Source of the DNA: Callorhinchus milii
Taxonomy: Eukaryota
DNA: 64,000 bases
Reading direction: 5' to 3'
Assembly: GCF_018977255.1 (NCBI RefSeq)
Contig: NW_024704749.1
Coordinates: 7,626,001-7,690,000, forward strand
In this document: positions 34,701-47,300 of the stretch, in pieces
Layout: every line of letters begins with the position of its first letter
Numbering within the stretch: position 1 is the stretch's first letter
The notes under the pieces: generated by a model
The model's database searches: none
Told to the model about the DNA's origin: nothing
The model's input: the letters and a program-made list of their open reading frames with translations, nothing else
Position numbers and translations under genes: made by a program

Positions 34701-37700
34701 ACAGTAAATTCTGTGAAGTGCTTTGAGATGTCCCCCTGACACTATTTCAAGCGCAAGGTTTTTTTTTCTTTATTACTCATGGCTTGCAGTGATTTTTGTT
34801 CACACCAGTTTTCTGCCTCATCGTAAGATACAAAGGCACCTTGTTGTTACTTTATTAAATGAGAGTGGGGTAATGCATGAATACAGCTCTCTTCAACTCT
34901 GTTTTGCAGGTTTGCCTACAAAGATGAGTATGAAAAATTCAAGCTTTATCTGACCATTATTTTGTTGCTCGGTGCTATAGCCTGCGTGTTCCTGCTAAAC
35001 AGGTGATGCTTTTATTTTCTAGCTGCATTTTTTACTGCATTACACAAAATAAATAACCATATACTGATAAATAGTATATATTATATAATACCGGCAGTAA
35101 TAATCCCTTTTTTAAAAAAAAAGTGGTTGCTCAATCCATGACTGTTTGCCGGACGCTGCTGCGCGCAATTGGCTGCCGGGTTTCCCCCACAAAGTATAAT
35201 GTCAATTCACTTTTTACATTACATTCTGTGAAGCGCTTTGAACCAACTCGAAGACGTGATAAGGTGCTATATCAGATTCAAGGATGATAGATAGTTCCCC
35301 ACAAAATACAGGCGGTTTATCAAACGCAAGGATCATCATTATTGTAATACTTGTTTCACTGAACAGCTTGCAGTGACTGCTCTTAGCCACTAGGAGGTGC
35401 AGGAGGGAAGCTTGCCACCTGGACACAGCCACGAGGCGGTGTAGTGCAGTACTTTCTGTGGCTACTGTTAGCCACTGTGAGGTGCAGTAGAGCCACTCGT
35501 GGTGACTTCTCTCACACGCTGGGGAACCTGACCGAAACTTGATTGTTTGCAACACCTGATAATGTTTGCTGGCTGACAGGAAAGTAATAAAACACAAGGT
35601 CATTGGTAGCTTTCTGCCCCGGGGGTCAAAGACTGTATGTGGTAGATTTGTAACAGGGAATTTCCTCTTGTTTTGTTTAATCAATAAAGGGAATTGACAA
35701 GCAAGACAGCTGATAACACTTCACTCTGGTGAGATCAGAAAACATTTTTGTTAACTCAGGAGGATTATGAGTGTGTGTGGAACGCGCTGACTGCCCTAGA
35801 AAGCCAAAGAGACATACTCATCAGGATGTTTAAAGGGTTGACGGATAGAGAGAGTGAAAGAAAGGCAGGGGAGAAAGAGAGAGATGAAGGAGATACTTAG
35901 GAAATACGAGTATAAAGTGTTTTGGAGAAAAGGTGAGCGAATGGGATATCACAATCTAGTAAACTGGAGGAACAGGCTGGTTGGGCGGAATGGCCTCCTC
36001 CCATTTCTATGATGCAACGGCTCCTTTTTAATGAGCATTTGCCTTGCCTTTCTTCACCAGGGTGATTGACGAAATCTTCAACTTCCTGCTGGTTTGGTAT
36101 TACTGCACACTGACGATAAGGGAGAGTATTCTCATCAGCAATGGATCCAGGTAACCGGGCACTTGGACTGGTTTTGCTCATTTCCCCCCCCCCCATCTCC
36201 CCTTTCTTACCTCAAAAAGGAGAAAGAGAAAAAGAGGAGCAGTGTGGAGGGAGTGGGAAGAGAAGAACTCATTGTGTGTAAATCACTTCTGTCAAACCTG
36301 TGGCTTAAATGTGGATTTTTGCGATGGGGAAATGCAAACTAGTGACTAACTGCAGCCACTGAAGAACCCAACATTCTTCTGTTCCAACCCGCTTCCCTGT
36401 ATCAATGGTGGTCTTCAGCTGAACCCTGACATTTTATGTGGCACTTCTTTCCTTGCTTAACGTGTCAAATTGTTTGCGGTCAGGCCAGCGTGCACGTGCC
36501 CCCCACCACACACCCCAACAATAATCTAGTTTCACTTCTCAGAGCAGGCCTGTAACCTGTCTTTGAAAGGCAGGAAGCATGAAGTGTGTTTTTGACACTT
36601 TAAATGGGATGTTAAGCACGATCTCTAGACCATTGCTGCACATCTTAAAAGGTTTAATCTATGACGTCTATGAGTTTTAAGTAACTAAAAACCAGCTGTG
36701 TATGCCCTTTTTTGGAAGATCATCTGAGTAGAAAGGCACTTCAGGAGCCTGCCAGCACTTTCTCTGTAGACAAAAGGCAAAACACTGCAGATGTGGAAAT
36801 CTGAAATAAAAACAAAAGTCGCTGGAAACACTTAGCAGGTCAGGCGGCATCTATGGAGAGAGGAAAGTGGGTTGACTTTGAATGAATTCTCTGTAACGTT
36901 GTTTTGACCGAGCTCTTTAAAAGTGCTGACATATAGGGAGAAAGATTGCGATGTGCCTTTGCTAAATCGCAGGGAGACCCTATTATGAACTGAATTTCCC
37001 ATCCATAAACTTGTACAAACTACGATCGTTCCATCTTTAATCTGTTGTGATTTTGGTACAAAGGAGATACCAAGCATCTCTGTTGCACAGTATAATCCAT
37101 TGTTCTGAAGAACAACAACATCAAGATTACATTTGTATAGCGCCTTTCACGTCGGGAGGACGTCCCAATGGCTTAAAACATCCATCAGGTGTGTTAGGCT
37201 TTATATCACCGACCGGCTATGAAAGTAATAACATGTCCCATGAATTCCATCCATTGTCAGTCTGAGCATTAATCTCTCGCAGCAGCTGGATTGCCACAAC
37301 TTCTTGTGCTGGATCATGATGTTTACGCTGTGTTGGAGCTTTTCAGCACAGACGGAATATTAATTTTCGGGCAAGCCAAGCGAGCGACTCCTTTAAAATG
37401 GTGAATTTTCCCTCGGACCCATGAGTTTTCTGCTCGTTTTACGTTTGACCTCATTTGGGTGTCAGCCTGGCTGGCAGCACCCTCGCCTCTGAGCCAGAAA
37501 AGGTTATGGGTTCAAGCCCCACATCAGCACTTTGTACTCTCACGGTGGCAAAATGACACCATGATTACACTCTATAGTACATCACATGAAGTGTTTTGGA
37601 GACGTCCACCTGAAGTGAAGAACACTGGATCGAATGTAACGATTGTTCTTATTTCTTTGCTCCTCTCTAGGATCAAGGGCTGGTGGGTGTCCCACCATTA

Positions 37701-40233
37701 CGTGTCCACGTTTCTCTCTGGGGTGATGTTAACGTGGTAAGTTCCAGACTCAGCCCAATGACTGAGCTCAGGGGGCTCAATGCTTGGGTCGTCCAGAGAG
37801 GTGATCTCACCCATAAGCCTTCTTTGGGCACAATATCGGGCAGGTTCCCGTATTGGGGGGCAGTCTAGGGACGCTCTGGTGTGATTTTCCTTGCCCGCAC
37901 GCACCCTCTCCTCCCCACACCTCAGTGGGTAAGAGGCCTGCTGAGTAAGCTAGTTTGTGCTTGACCCGACATGGAGTGGATGCCTGGTACTTGGGAGTCT
38001 GTATCCAGGCTCTGGCTGTTTCTTCGTTGGGGAGAGGGGGAGGTTTTAAAATTTCTCGGTGTGTTTTTATCAACTGCTGTAAAAATGGCCAATTTTACAA
38101 GGATTCCGATGTAGTGTGGATTGACAGCCAAGGCGCCAACATTGGGTTTGGCAGTCGTTGATAGTCATACGGGCACTTGTTCTGAACCCTCCTCCTCTTG
38201 TTTTGAAGGCCGGACGGGCTGATGTATCAGATGTTTCGCAGTCAGTTCCTGGCGTTTTCCATTTATCAAAGTAAGTAATTTGTTTTGGCACCTTTGGAAC
38301 TCGATCCTTCCGCCTCGCCCCCACTCCCCCTCCCTGCTTCCCCATTTTCAGGTTGCGCCTGAAGACCTTCCTCTTCGGCCGTGCCTACGGTCACCTCCCC
38401 CCCCCCCCCCCCCCCCCACTCCCCGCGCTTGATGTCAGGCTCTGCCACTGCTACCTTGCGTAAGTTTTAACATCTCATCCAAAGGGACGGCGCCTCCGAC
38501 AACGATGACCCCAGTGGTGACCCCAACACTGCACTGGAGCATCAGCTTAGACTGTGGCATCGAGCCCCCGACCATGGCTCCGATGCCACAACCTTCTGCT
38601 GAGAGCCAACTTTTGGGGGGATGGGAGGGAAGGAGGTGGGGGCAGGAAATGGATTTTGATCCGACGTTGCTAACTAAACACCGTCTCTTTCCCTTCAGGT
38701 TGTGTACAGTTCCTGCAGTATTATTACCAAAGTGGTTGTCTGTATAGATTACGGGCTCTAGGGGAGAGGAATCACATGGACCTCACAGTAGGTGGGTGAC
38801 GTGCACTTTAGCGTCTCTCGTCTCTTTCGCTGCTACTCAACAGATCACACCCCATTCTCTTCTCTCATGTGTCCTCGCCACATTGTTCAATGCCCTTATT
38901 CATCCCATGTATCTTCCCTCTCAAGGATCTCAGTTGATTCAGCCTGCATTGCCCTCTGCGCACAGTGCCTTCCTTTTATAGATAAAGAAGAATGCCTGTA
39001 GTCTTAACCACCCCCCTCCCTGCCCTCCAACCTTCCGGATCCCAACCCCCAGCTCAGGTGCAATCTTTTGACTATCAGCACATTTGGGACGTTCTCCCAA
39101 CGTGAAACTACGCAGTGTAAATTAATTTGTTGTTGGCTGTTTGTCATTTCAGAGGGCTTCCAGTCATGGATGTGGAGAGGCTTAACGTTCCTGCTTCCCT
39201 TTTTGTTCTTTGGCCACGTGAGTTAACAATAAGAACAATCTCCCTTGCATTTCACACAGCTCCTGTAAACACCTTTGAAAGAGCCAGCACAATGGCCCGA
39301 CCGGCCTCCTTCTGTACTGTAGGATTCTATGATTCTAACTCCAGATTATTACTAGCAAAAGGGGAGATGGGAACAAGGTATTTTTAATGTATTGGTGCGC
39401 ACATATTAAGATGTGGAACGTGTAGCCAGGTGTGACATGTATGAGGTGGGTGTGGACTGGAGTAGACTGGTCCAGCGCGGAAACAAGCCCAGGTCTAATG
39501 AGCCGAAAGACCCTTTGTGGTTGTAGGCAGTAGAGCAGTACATAACACGGAGCTTGCAAACCTGGTTTCCCCCTGTTATCTCGCCACCTCGGTCTTTAAC
39601 AAAATGCTGTTACTCACACACACAAACACACCATCTGTCTGAGTTTGTTTTTGTTCTCCTCGTTGCAGTTCTGGCAGTTGTATAATTCAGTCACACTGTT
39701 TGGACTCTCTCGGCATGAGCGGTGCAAAGAATGGCAAGTGAGTGGGGCTTCGTTTTGCAATGCGCCTTCCCCCCCCCCCCCCCCCCAGTTGTCGTCACAT
39801 GTTTATCATGCAGCAGTCGCTAAAAACAGGACCTTTTCATTGTTTATTACCATAGTAATAGCCTCCAATGTCGAAAGGTTAATTGCGGTAAAGTGTATTT
39901 GTTAGGCGATCGCGACTTCCAGTTGTGTGTGCAGCGACGTGAAGTGAATGATGCCAATTTTATTTGGCACCCTTCACAATTGGCTGTTGCGTTTCTCCCA
40001 CAAAATATACACACAGTCAACTCACTTTACAGTATCCTATGAAGCGCTTGGAGACGTCTCAATGACGTGATAACGCGCTATATCGAATGCAAGGATTACT
40101 ATTATTCCTTGTCTTTCAGGTCTTTGTCTTGGCTCTCACATTCCTGGTGCTGTTCTTGGGCAACTTCCTGACCACTCTTAAAGTCGTCCATCAAAAGTTT
40201 CAGAGGAATAGGAGCAAGCTGAAGAAGCCCTGA
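31721..40233 (+). CDS. TMEM120B: Transmembrane protein 120B, 12 coding exons, 336 aa
   Basis: [21 protein letters not shown]...[22 protein letters not shown]...KKP*; all introns GT-AG and in frame; B-type residues plus synteny. Confidence 0.96.
32146..32470 (-). mobile_element. SINE copy in TMEM120B intron 1
   Basis: Family similarity. Confidence 0.8.
32515..32633 (+). CDS. TMEM120B: TMEM120B exon 2
   Basis: [17 protein letters not shown]... Confidence 0.95.
33227..33343 (+). CDS. TMEM120B: TMEM120B exon 3
   Basis: ...[20 protein letters not shown]. Confidence 0.95.
33388..33720 (+). mobile_element. SINE copy in TMEM120B intron 3
   Basis: Family similarity. Confidence 0.8.
33965..34024 (+). 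CDS. TMEM120B: TMEM120B exon 4
   Basis: [20 protein letters not shown]. Confidence 0.95.
34383..34765 (+). mobile_element. Deu-domain SINE (SacSINE1/AmnSINE-like)
   Basis: GGATGAGAC...TTCAGGTGGATGTTAAAGATCCCATGGCACTATT...GGGAGTTTCTCC matches the recalled Deu domain. Confidence 0.75.
34910..35002 (+). CDS. TMEM120B: TMEM120B exon 5
   Basis: [21 protein letters not shown]... Confidence 0.95.
36061..36150 (+). CDS. TMEM120B: TMEM120B exon 6
   Basis: [30 protein letters not shown]. Confidence 0.95.
37671..37736 (+). CDS. TMEM120B: TMEM120B exon 7
   Basis: [22 protein letters not shown]. Confidence 0.95.
38209..38270 (+). CDS. TMEM120B: TMEM120B exon 8
   Basis: [20 protein letters not shown]. 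Confidence 0.95.
38699..38791 (+). CDS. TMEM120B: TMEM120B exon 9
   Basis: [30 protein letters not shown]. Confidence 0.95.
39153..39217 (+). CDS. TMEM120B: TMEM120B exon 10
   Basis: [22 protein letters not shown]. Confidence 0.95.
39669..39737 (+). CDS. TMEM120B: TMEM120B exon 11
   Basis: [23 protein letters not shown]. Confidence 0.95.
40120..40233 (+). CDS. TMEM120B: TMEM120B exon 12 (last coding)
   Basis: [37 protein letters not shown]. Confidence 0.95.
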   Translation, partial: VFVLALTFLVLFLGNFLTTLKVVHQKFQRNRSKLKKP

Positions 40234-42970
40234 GTGGCGAGGGAGTGGTCCCTCGGAGGGAGCGAGCGAGGCAGGGGAAGGCATGCGTAACACTCCGCTC
40301 CTCCCGCTCTTGCTGCTGTAACTAGCGAGACCCGTAGTTACCTCCACGTCAACGGGATCGGATATGCAGCTTCTTTATTTTGCACAGATATTTATGGAGA
40401 ATCTTTAATACCTTCGGGCAGCATATACATACACTTCACACACAAAAAAAAATGCTAAGAGGAAAAAATGTTTAAGCCAACTTCCTTTCCGTTTCAGATC
40501 TCGTTGAAGCTTTCTTTTTAAACAGCAACAAAAAAAACTCAACCACAAAAACTCACCAACGTGGCTCGTTGTTCTCTGAGCGAGCTCCTCAGTCACATAC
40601 TTTGCTCTTTTTGTTTTCGAATCATGAACCATTCATCAATGTGACCTAATCTTGTGCAGCATCATGAACAAAGCCCCTTCTTAGAAAGAGGTGGGGAGGG
40701 GGCAAGAGTGAGTGCAGTTACACTTGTATTCCCCTTGCCCTTAAGATCCACTGTTTGGCTAATCATTCACCAGAGTGAAACTTGAGCCAGTTTGTGTTGA
40801 GGTGTTTGTAACTCAAGCTGAGGGGTGAGTGGTAGATGAATCAATTAAACCGTAGAAAGAAAAAAATTATCTGAACAGTGAATAAGGGATAGTCTTTTGC
40901 TGCCTTTATTGGAGTTCGATGATGAGCCTCGGTCTCGTTGTGACCACATTTTAGGGGGATACAAGACTTTAGTTACCTTCTCCAGAAACCTACACCGTGT
41001 TCAGCCCTTTATAGGTGGTTGGGGATGTCAATGAGACAGTAAATGTGTGTGAAATATTGGGATTTGGATATCACAAGTTGTGTGTTTCTGAAGATGTCTC
41101 TCTTAATGTCCGACAGCTTAGCCCATTTGTGAAGGTTCTCCCAACCCCACGTCACCTTGGTTGAGCGAGTGAGCAAGCTCCTCAGTTTTAGTGTTGTGTA
41201 ACTCGCACACAAGAAAACATCAGGGTCTTTTCCAACGGGGCACGAGGGAGGCGATGCTGAACAGGACGGGTGCTCATCAGAGTTTCCCGCTGCAGAAGGA
41301 GGGAGTGGCGTGCTGGCTGGCTCGCTCACTCCAAAGCCACACACTCCACACGGAAGAGGAGCTCCCATTGCTGGGATGTGATACGTTCTATTAGTGGTAG
41401 GGTTGACTTCCTGCTGTAAACACTCTATTTTTCTCTCTCTCCCCCAACACAACCCCTTAGTGTACGTGTGTGTGTGTTTGCATCTGGTGTTGAGCAGCAA
41501 TATTGCAGTGTAGATCATTGCTCTGTAAATAGCCAAATATCATCTCAGTTCCCAAGTACTGTTACACTCCACCCACCCCCCCCACCCCTCTTCCATCCCC
41601 TCCCAAAAAAAGACCGTATAACACTTGAAAGCCACTCCAGGGGCATGGGGCGTAAGTCCTTATATGTGGGTCCCAGGCCAGTAAGGGGCAGGAAACTGAG
41701 CAACAGCACATGTTAGTAACCTGAACCCAAGGGGTTAAGTCATTGTTGGTGCAGTTAAAACTTGTGGCTGGAGTAAGAGACCAGATATATCCGTGGTACT
41801 TCCCATGATTGTACAAATACAACCACGGTTAATACTTGATGCTAGCTATTTCAACTGGCAGTTCACTCACTGTGTCAGTGAATGTCTCCTAATTTCCACC
41901 CGTCGCTGAATTCTTGTAACATGTAAAATTGGAGTCCTGTAGCTCAATGGTTAGAGCGCTCACCTCGCAAGTGAGAGTACCTGGGTTTGATTCCCGGGCA
42001 GGGCGAAACGCTGGGCAAGCTTCCTTACTCTATAGTCCTCTGCAGGAAGTAGGAACCTGGTTGTTAGTTGATTGATGGATTGCTTTTCCATCATACTGCT
42101 CATTATTATCCACCTCACAAGTCTGTATTTAACATTTTACACTAAAACAATGAATTCTCATCTCTCCTAAAACGGCGAGACACACACCTGAATATATGCC
42201 AAAAGTTCAGTTCCTAAAAACTTGAACCAAACTCCCATCGGGGCATAAATAAGATAAACTTAAGTTATTTACAAAGTGTAATAAGGCAGTGATAAGCTAT
42301 AGCAGTTAGCATTTGCTTAAGTAAGTCAGTCACTCAATAGACTATTTTCGGTGTTGTAGAGATAGTTGCATTTTAAGGAATGTAAGTAAGCATAAGCGAG
42401 CGATGTTAAGAGACTTGATGCCTTAAAAACTGTTGTACAGAGAGAGAATTACAAGAAATTTACCAGATAAACATGTCATGAAAATTCAATAGTTGTGCTT
42501 TTTAAATCAAGGTCCGGTACTCGAAGGAGACCTTGTGTGTGTGAAAAAGCAATCGTCTGTAATATATTGCAAATAGTGAATAGCCAGAAAGAAGTCTGTC
42601 GACAAGCAGAAACCCAGCCGCAGTGACGCACAGTATGTAAAGGAAAATGTCCCTCTCAACTTAGTGTATCTCCTAAACTGAAACGTGATTGTTTTTGTGT
42701 GTGTCTTCTCTTTACCCACTACCCCCTTGCCTCTCAATGCTGACCGTGAACACAAGCTTCCTGGACTATTTTACCCACCAATCTGCAGTCCCTTGTATTG
42801 GTTCACGTTATACTGTGAAATAGGACTTAAAGGGAAGATCTGAACTTTCCTGGTGATCAATACAGGGTAGAATCTTTCTGTACATCCTTCCGAGGGGGAG
42901 AATAGAACTCTTGGCCTTCTATATTGGGGCTTAACTTATACTGTAAATTCACTAATGTATAAGGCTGTTA

Positions 42971-42976
42971 AATAAA
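42971..42976 (+). terminator. Candidate TMEM120B poly(A) signal
   Basis: AATAAA ending a largely unique-sequence 3' region, preceded by TGTA motifs. Confidence 0.45.
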
Positions 42977-43354
42977 TCTCTGTCGATTCAAGAAAACTGA
43001 CTTAGCTTCTGCTACGTCTAAGCGCTTAACAGGGTATATTGTAAAATGGATTTACTGTACGTTTCCTTACTCCATACTCACACCTCTTTTTACCTATTAG
43101 TACATAGGAACCCAGTTGTTAGACGATTGGTAGAACGCTTTCTGGGAGAAATAATTACTCCAGGAAAAAAAAGGGTGTCACTCAAACCACGACTGTTTGT
43201 GGGATACTGCTGTGCGCAATTGGCTGCTGCGTTTCACCTACAAAACAGTCAATCCACTTGACAGTGTATTCTGTGAAACACTTTGAGACCTCTCGATGTG
43301 ATCAAAGGCTATATCAAATGCAAGGAGTATTATTTTAGCAATGTCACCGAAGTG

Positions 43355-43360
43355 TTTATT
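43355..43360 (-). terminator. Candidate RHOF poly(A) signal
   Basis: AATAAA on the minus strand ~850 nt after the RHOF stop; a second one near 43473. Confidence 0.4.
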
Positions 43361-43699
43361 TTTCTCTCTTCAATCTCTCCCCCCCCCCCCACTCCCCGCG
43401 ATATTTTCATTACTCACAACAATTTAGAAAACCTTTTCTTTTAAGAAATGCACCTATTTTATTTTAGGTTTTTTTATTAGAAAAAAAGTGACTTAGTGCC
43501 TGCCCGCTGCACTAACTGACCGCTTCCTCACACACCTGTGCAGAGCAAGGTCAGTCTGCTAATCTCTGCTATGTTTATAGCCTGTGTCAAATGGCAGAAA
43601 ATCAACTTGGGGGTCTGGGTTTGCAATGACTCAGACCCGCTCAGCAGCCTTGCTGGTTGAAGCTCATGTGACAATCTACTTGAAGCCTTCCCTCTCAAG

Positions 43700-43940
43700 G
43701 TGTGTTGTTTTGTCGGAGGTGCCGTCCTTCGGATGAGACATTAAGCCCATTAAAACGCCTGGGTCCTGTTCAGGTGGACCTTAAGGATCTCCAGGGGCAC
43801 TCTTCGAAAACAGAAGGGAGTTTCTCTCCCTCTCTCCCTCCCGGTGTACTGGCCAACAAATCCCCCTAATAAAATTGCTCACTCACTCACTCCATGGCTG
43901 TTTCTGGGGCATGGCTGTGCGCAAACTGGCTGCCGCATTT
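43700..43940 (+). mobile_element. Deu-domain SINE fragment in the presumed RHOF 3' UTR
   Basis: GGAGGTGCCGTCCTTCGGATGAGAC...CAGGTGGAC. Confidence 0.75.
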
Positions 43941-44205
43941 TGAGACCAGCAAGCTCAGTACAGAGCACAAATGGAGCCTGGCACTTTGTGCTGCTTTTGG
44001 CTTAGTGCAGTGCCATTAGGAAGTGGGGGGTAGGGGTGTTGGGGAGGAAGGGGAGGGGTTGACAAACAGGTACATTTGAAATGAGCATCATTGTAATTAA
44101 TCCATTCCTCCAATAACCAATTGGTTCCTCAATTGGGTGCGTGGAATGGAGCTGAGTCTCTGTTATAGCTTCCGCTGCATGGTCACATCTCTGGGTGAGA
44201 AGCCG

Positions 44206-44364
44206 TCACAGCAACTGGCAGGCTTTCTGCTTCTTTCGTTTCTTCCGCTTTTCCTTCAAGGCTGCTTTGGCAGTTTCTTTAAAGATGTCTTCGATGTTCT
44301 CGCGGAACTTGGCCGAGCATTCCAGGTACATCACTGCCTTGATCTGCTTGGCCGTGGCATCTCC
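44206..44364 (-). CDS. RHOF: RHOF exon 5 (last coding)
   Basis: [30 protein letters not shown]...KACQLL*. Confidence 0.95.
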   Translation of the reverse strand, partial: GDATAKQIKAVMYLECSAKFRENIEDIFKETAKAALKEKRKKRKKQKACQLL

Positions 44365-47300
44365 CTTCAGCGAAGGAGAAAGGGCAGCGTTTTTAGTCTA
44401 ATAGTAAGAATAATCCTTGCATTTGATATCGTGCCTTATCAGGTCAGAAGGACATATGAAAGCGCTTCCACTGTGAAACTGATTGAATGTGTAATTGTAG
44501 GCGAAAAGCGGCAGCACAATTGCACACCACAGTATGATATTATTGTCACTGTACCCTGAATGGTGCTCGCTTCACTCGTGTATTTCTCTCAATTCCATTT
44601 CAAACGTTGTTTCGGATTTCCTGTCATATCGTGTGGGGGGAGGGGGTTGAGGCAGTCCAGCAAAACTCCCAACCTTTGCCCCCTCCCCCCTTCGTGTGTG
44701 ACCTTGTCTGTGTATCTGTACCTCTGAGTATGTGACTGGCTCCAGTTCGGAAGCTCGGAGTTTCCGTAACCGTTCCTTGTCCATCCGAAGATCGGTCTTG
44801 CATCCGATGAGGAGTATGGGGACCCCAGGGCAGAAGTGAGCTACCTCTGGGTACCACTACCTCAGCGGGAGAGGGAAGAGAGAAAGAGAGAGAACATGAA
44901 CTGTTAGAGGTGGACACGTCATTACCATTCTCACAACTCAGCAGATTTAAATCGTCGGCAGTGACTTACACTACACCGTTGTATGATTTTCACATGAAAT
45001 AAAACATCAACAGCAAATTGCATTTATATATTGCCTTTCCCGGCGAGAGGACGTCCCAAGGCGCTGGATGGTTCATTCAAGGGTTTGCATGCAAGCTGGG
45101 GGCTGTGTTTACAACGCTCGCTTCATGAATGAAGAATTTATCAACTTAAATAAATTCAGATGGACATCAAAGATCCCGTGTTAAATAACTTAAAATAATT
45201 GTTACGGAGACGCACCCAACGTCTTGTAAACGATGGCTTTATTGCAACCAAGAAAAGACGACGGGTAAAGGATAGGGCCCAGGATTTGGTGCCCAGACAC
45301 GCTCACTTCCACTTCTCTCCGCTCACCTTAATCAGGACGTTCTCATAACTGGTGGGATTTGTGACATCGTAACAGATTAAGACAACGTTGGCGTCCTGGT
45401 AGGCCAGAGGCCGGAGCCTGTCATAGTCTTCTTGACCTGAGTGAGATGAGAGGGGAAAAGAAGAGGGGAGCGTGAGGTGCCAGAGCCCGAGACAGTGATG
45501 GAAGAATTTTGTCTGAAAAACATTTCATCACCAAACAGCATGCTGTGAGCCAACATAAACCCAATACCTTCAGAGGAAATCGCAACCCCACAGAGGCCGG
45601 AAGAGAGGTTAAGTGAATGCATGTCTATTTCTTCGAGCTAAATGCTAACCACATCCCTCCCATTAGTTCTCTGTGTTGGGTGTGTTGAATGGAGATGCAC
45701 AATTTTACTTCCTTGTAGATATTTCAGCAACTCGAGTCGCACGCGAGCTTGGGCTTTGGTGCGCATCAGACAAGCTGATGTGATGGAAACCAACTGCATC
45801 CAGTCCAGACTGTCTGCATTTACCCTGGGTGTGATATCTGTGCAATAGCAGGGCGTAACCTTAGGCAAGTTTCCTTACTCCATATGCCTCTGTTTACCCA
45901 GCAGTAAGTAGGAACCCAGTTGATAGTCGATTGACGGATCGCTTTCCAGCGGTAATAATCACTCCCCCCTCCCACCCCATCCTCAATAAAATACTGTAAT
46001 TTGGTCACTCAATCTATGACTGTTTGTGGCATGTTGCTCTGCGCAAATGTATTTTGGCCGCACTAGAAAGGGACGTGGACTAGCCTCCTCTCTTCTCCAC
46101 CCCCCGCCCCCACTAGGCTCGGTGCCCGGGAGAACCTGTCTGCAGTTGGCACAAGCACTATTTCCTCAGGTGGGGGAGAAGTCACACAGGGAGTCAGCCG
46201 CTGCCAAGGAAGAGGCCAAGCACTTCTCGTCACAGGGTTGGAGCTCTCCTCTGCGGAAGCCTTCAGCAGCCTCTCCCCCCGCCCTCTGGCTCCTCTCTTT
46301 CTCCCCAAATTCCCCTTGCCTTGCCCCCAATACACTTTGGTTCCCTGCCTTTGGAACCCTCTTAAAACACACAGCACTCTTCATCTCTCCTCCGTCTTGT
46401 CCCCGCTCTGAAATCCCCATTATGAGACCTCTAGTATAGTGGTTAGTACCCGGGTTTGATTCCCGGGAGAGGCAAAAACCTTAGGCAAGTTTCCTTACTG
46501 CATGTGCCTCCATTTACCCAGCAGTAAGCAGGTTGTTAGTCGACTGGCAGATTACTTTCCAGAGGTAATAATCCCTTGAGATAAAAAAAAACACTTGGCT
46601 ACTCAATCCACGATTTTGCTGTGCGCAATTGGCTCCCGTGTTTCACCCACAAAATACACAGTGAATTTGCTTTACAATATATTCTGTGAAGCACTTTCAG
46701 ATCTCAGTGAGATGATAAGGTGCTATATCAAATGCAAGGATTGTTATGGTCTCTGAGGAGCACTTTTGAGAGGTCCGTCCGACACAAAGTCAAAGCCACA
46801 TTTTTTCTTTTCATTTTCTTTTTTGAGCTAACAGGAAAGCCGGCAACACTGAAATCTATTTTCCCGCTGAGCACATTCTCAATTCCCAAAATGTGTTTAT
46901 CAGAAGGATCCTCTTAAGATGGAGACACCTTTCCTTTTTAATGACAATCTTGAGTGTGCATCATAACAGGAGGTGTCGAGCATTGGGCCTCTTGACTCGC
47001 TGAGTTATCTACTCTGGCGTTTACACCAACATGGACATCAAATCACACTATCGTGTATCTAGCAATAACCCGGCTTTAATACTGAGAGAGAACCCACAAG
47101 TTACAGAGCCCTTTCAGGTCGAAAAGTCTTGAAGCGCTTAACATTATAATTAATAAATAATAATCCTTGCATTTGATATAGCGCCTTATCACGTCGTTGA
47201 GACGTCTCAAAGTGCTTCACAGGATTTAGTATACAGTGGAGCGACTGTGTATTTTGTGGGCAAAACGCGGCAGCCAATTGCACACAGCAGTGTCCCACAG

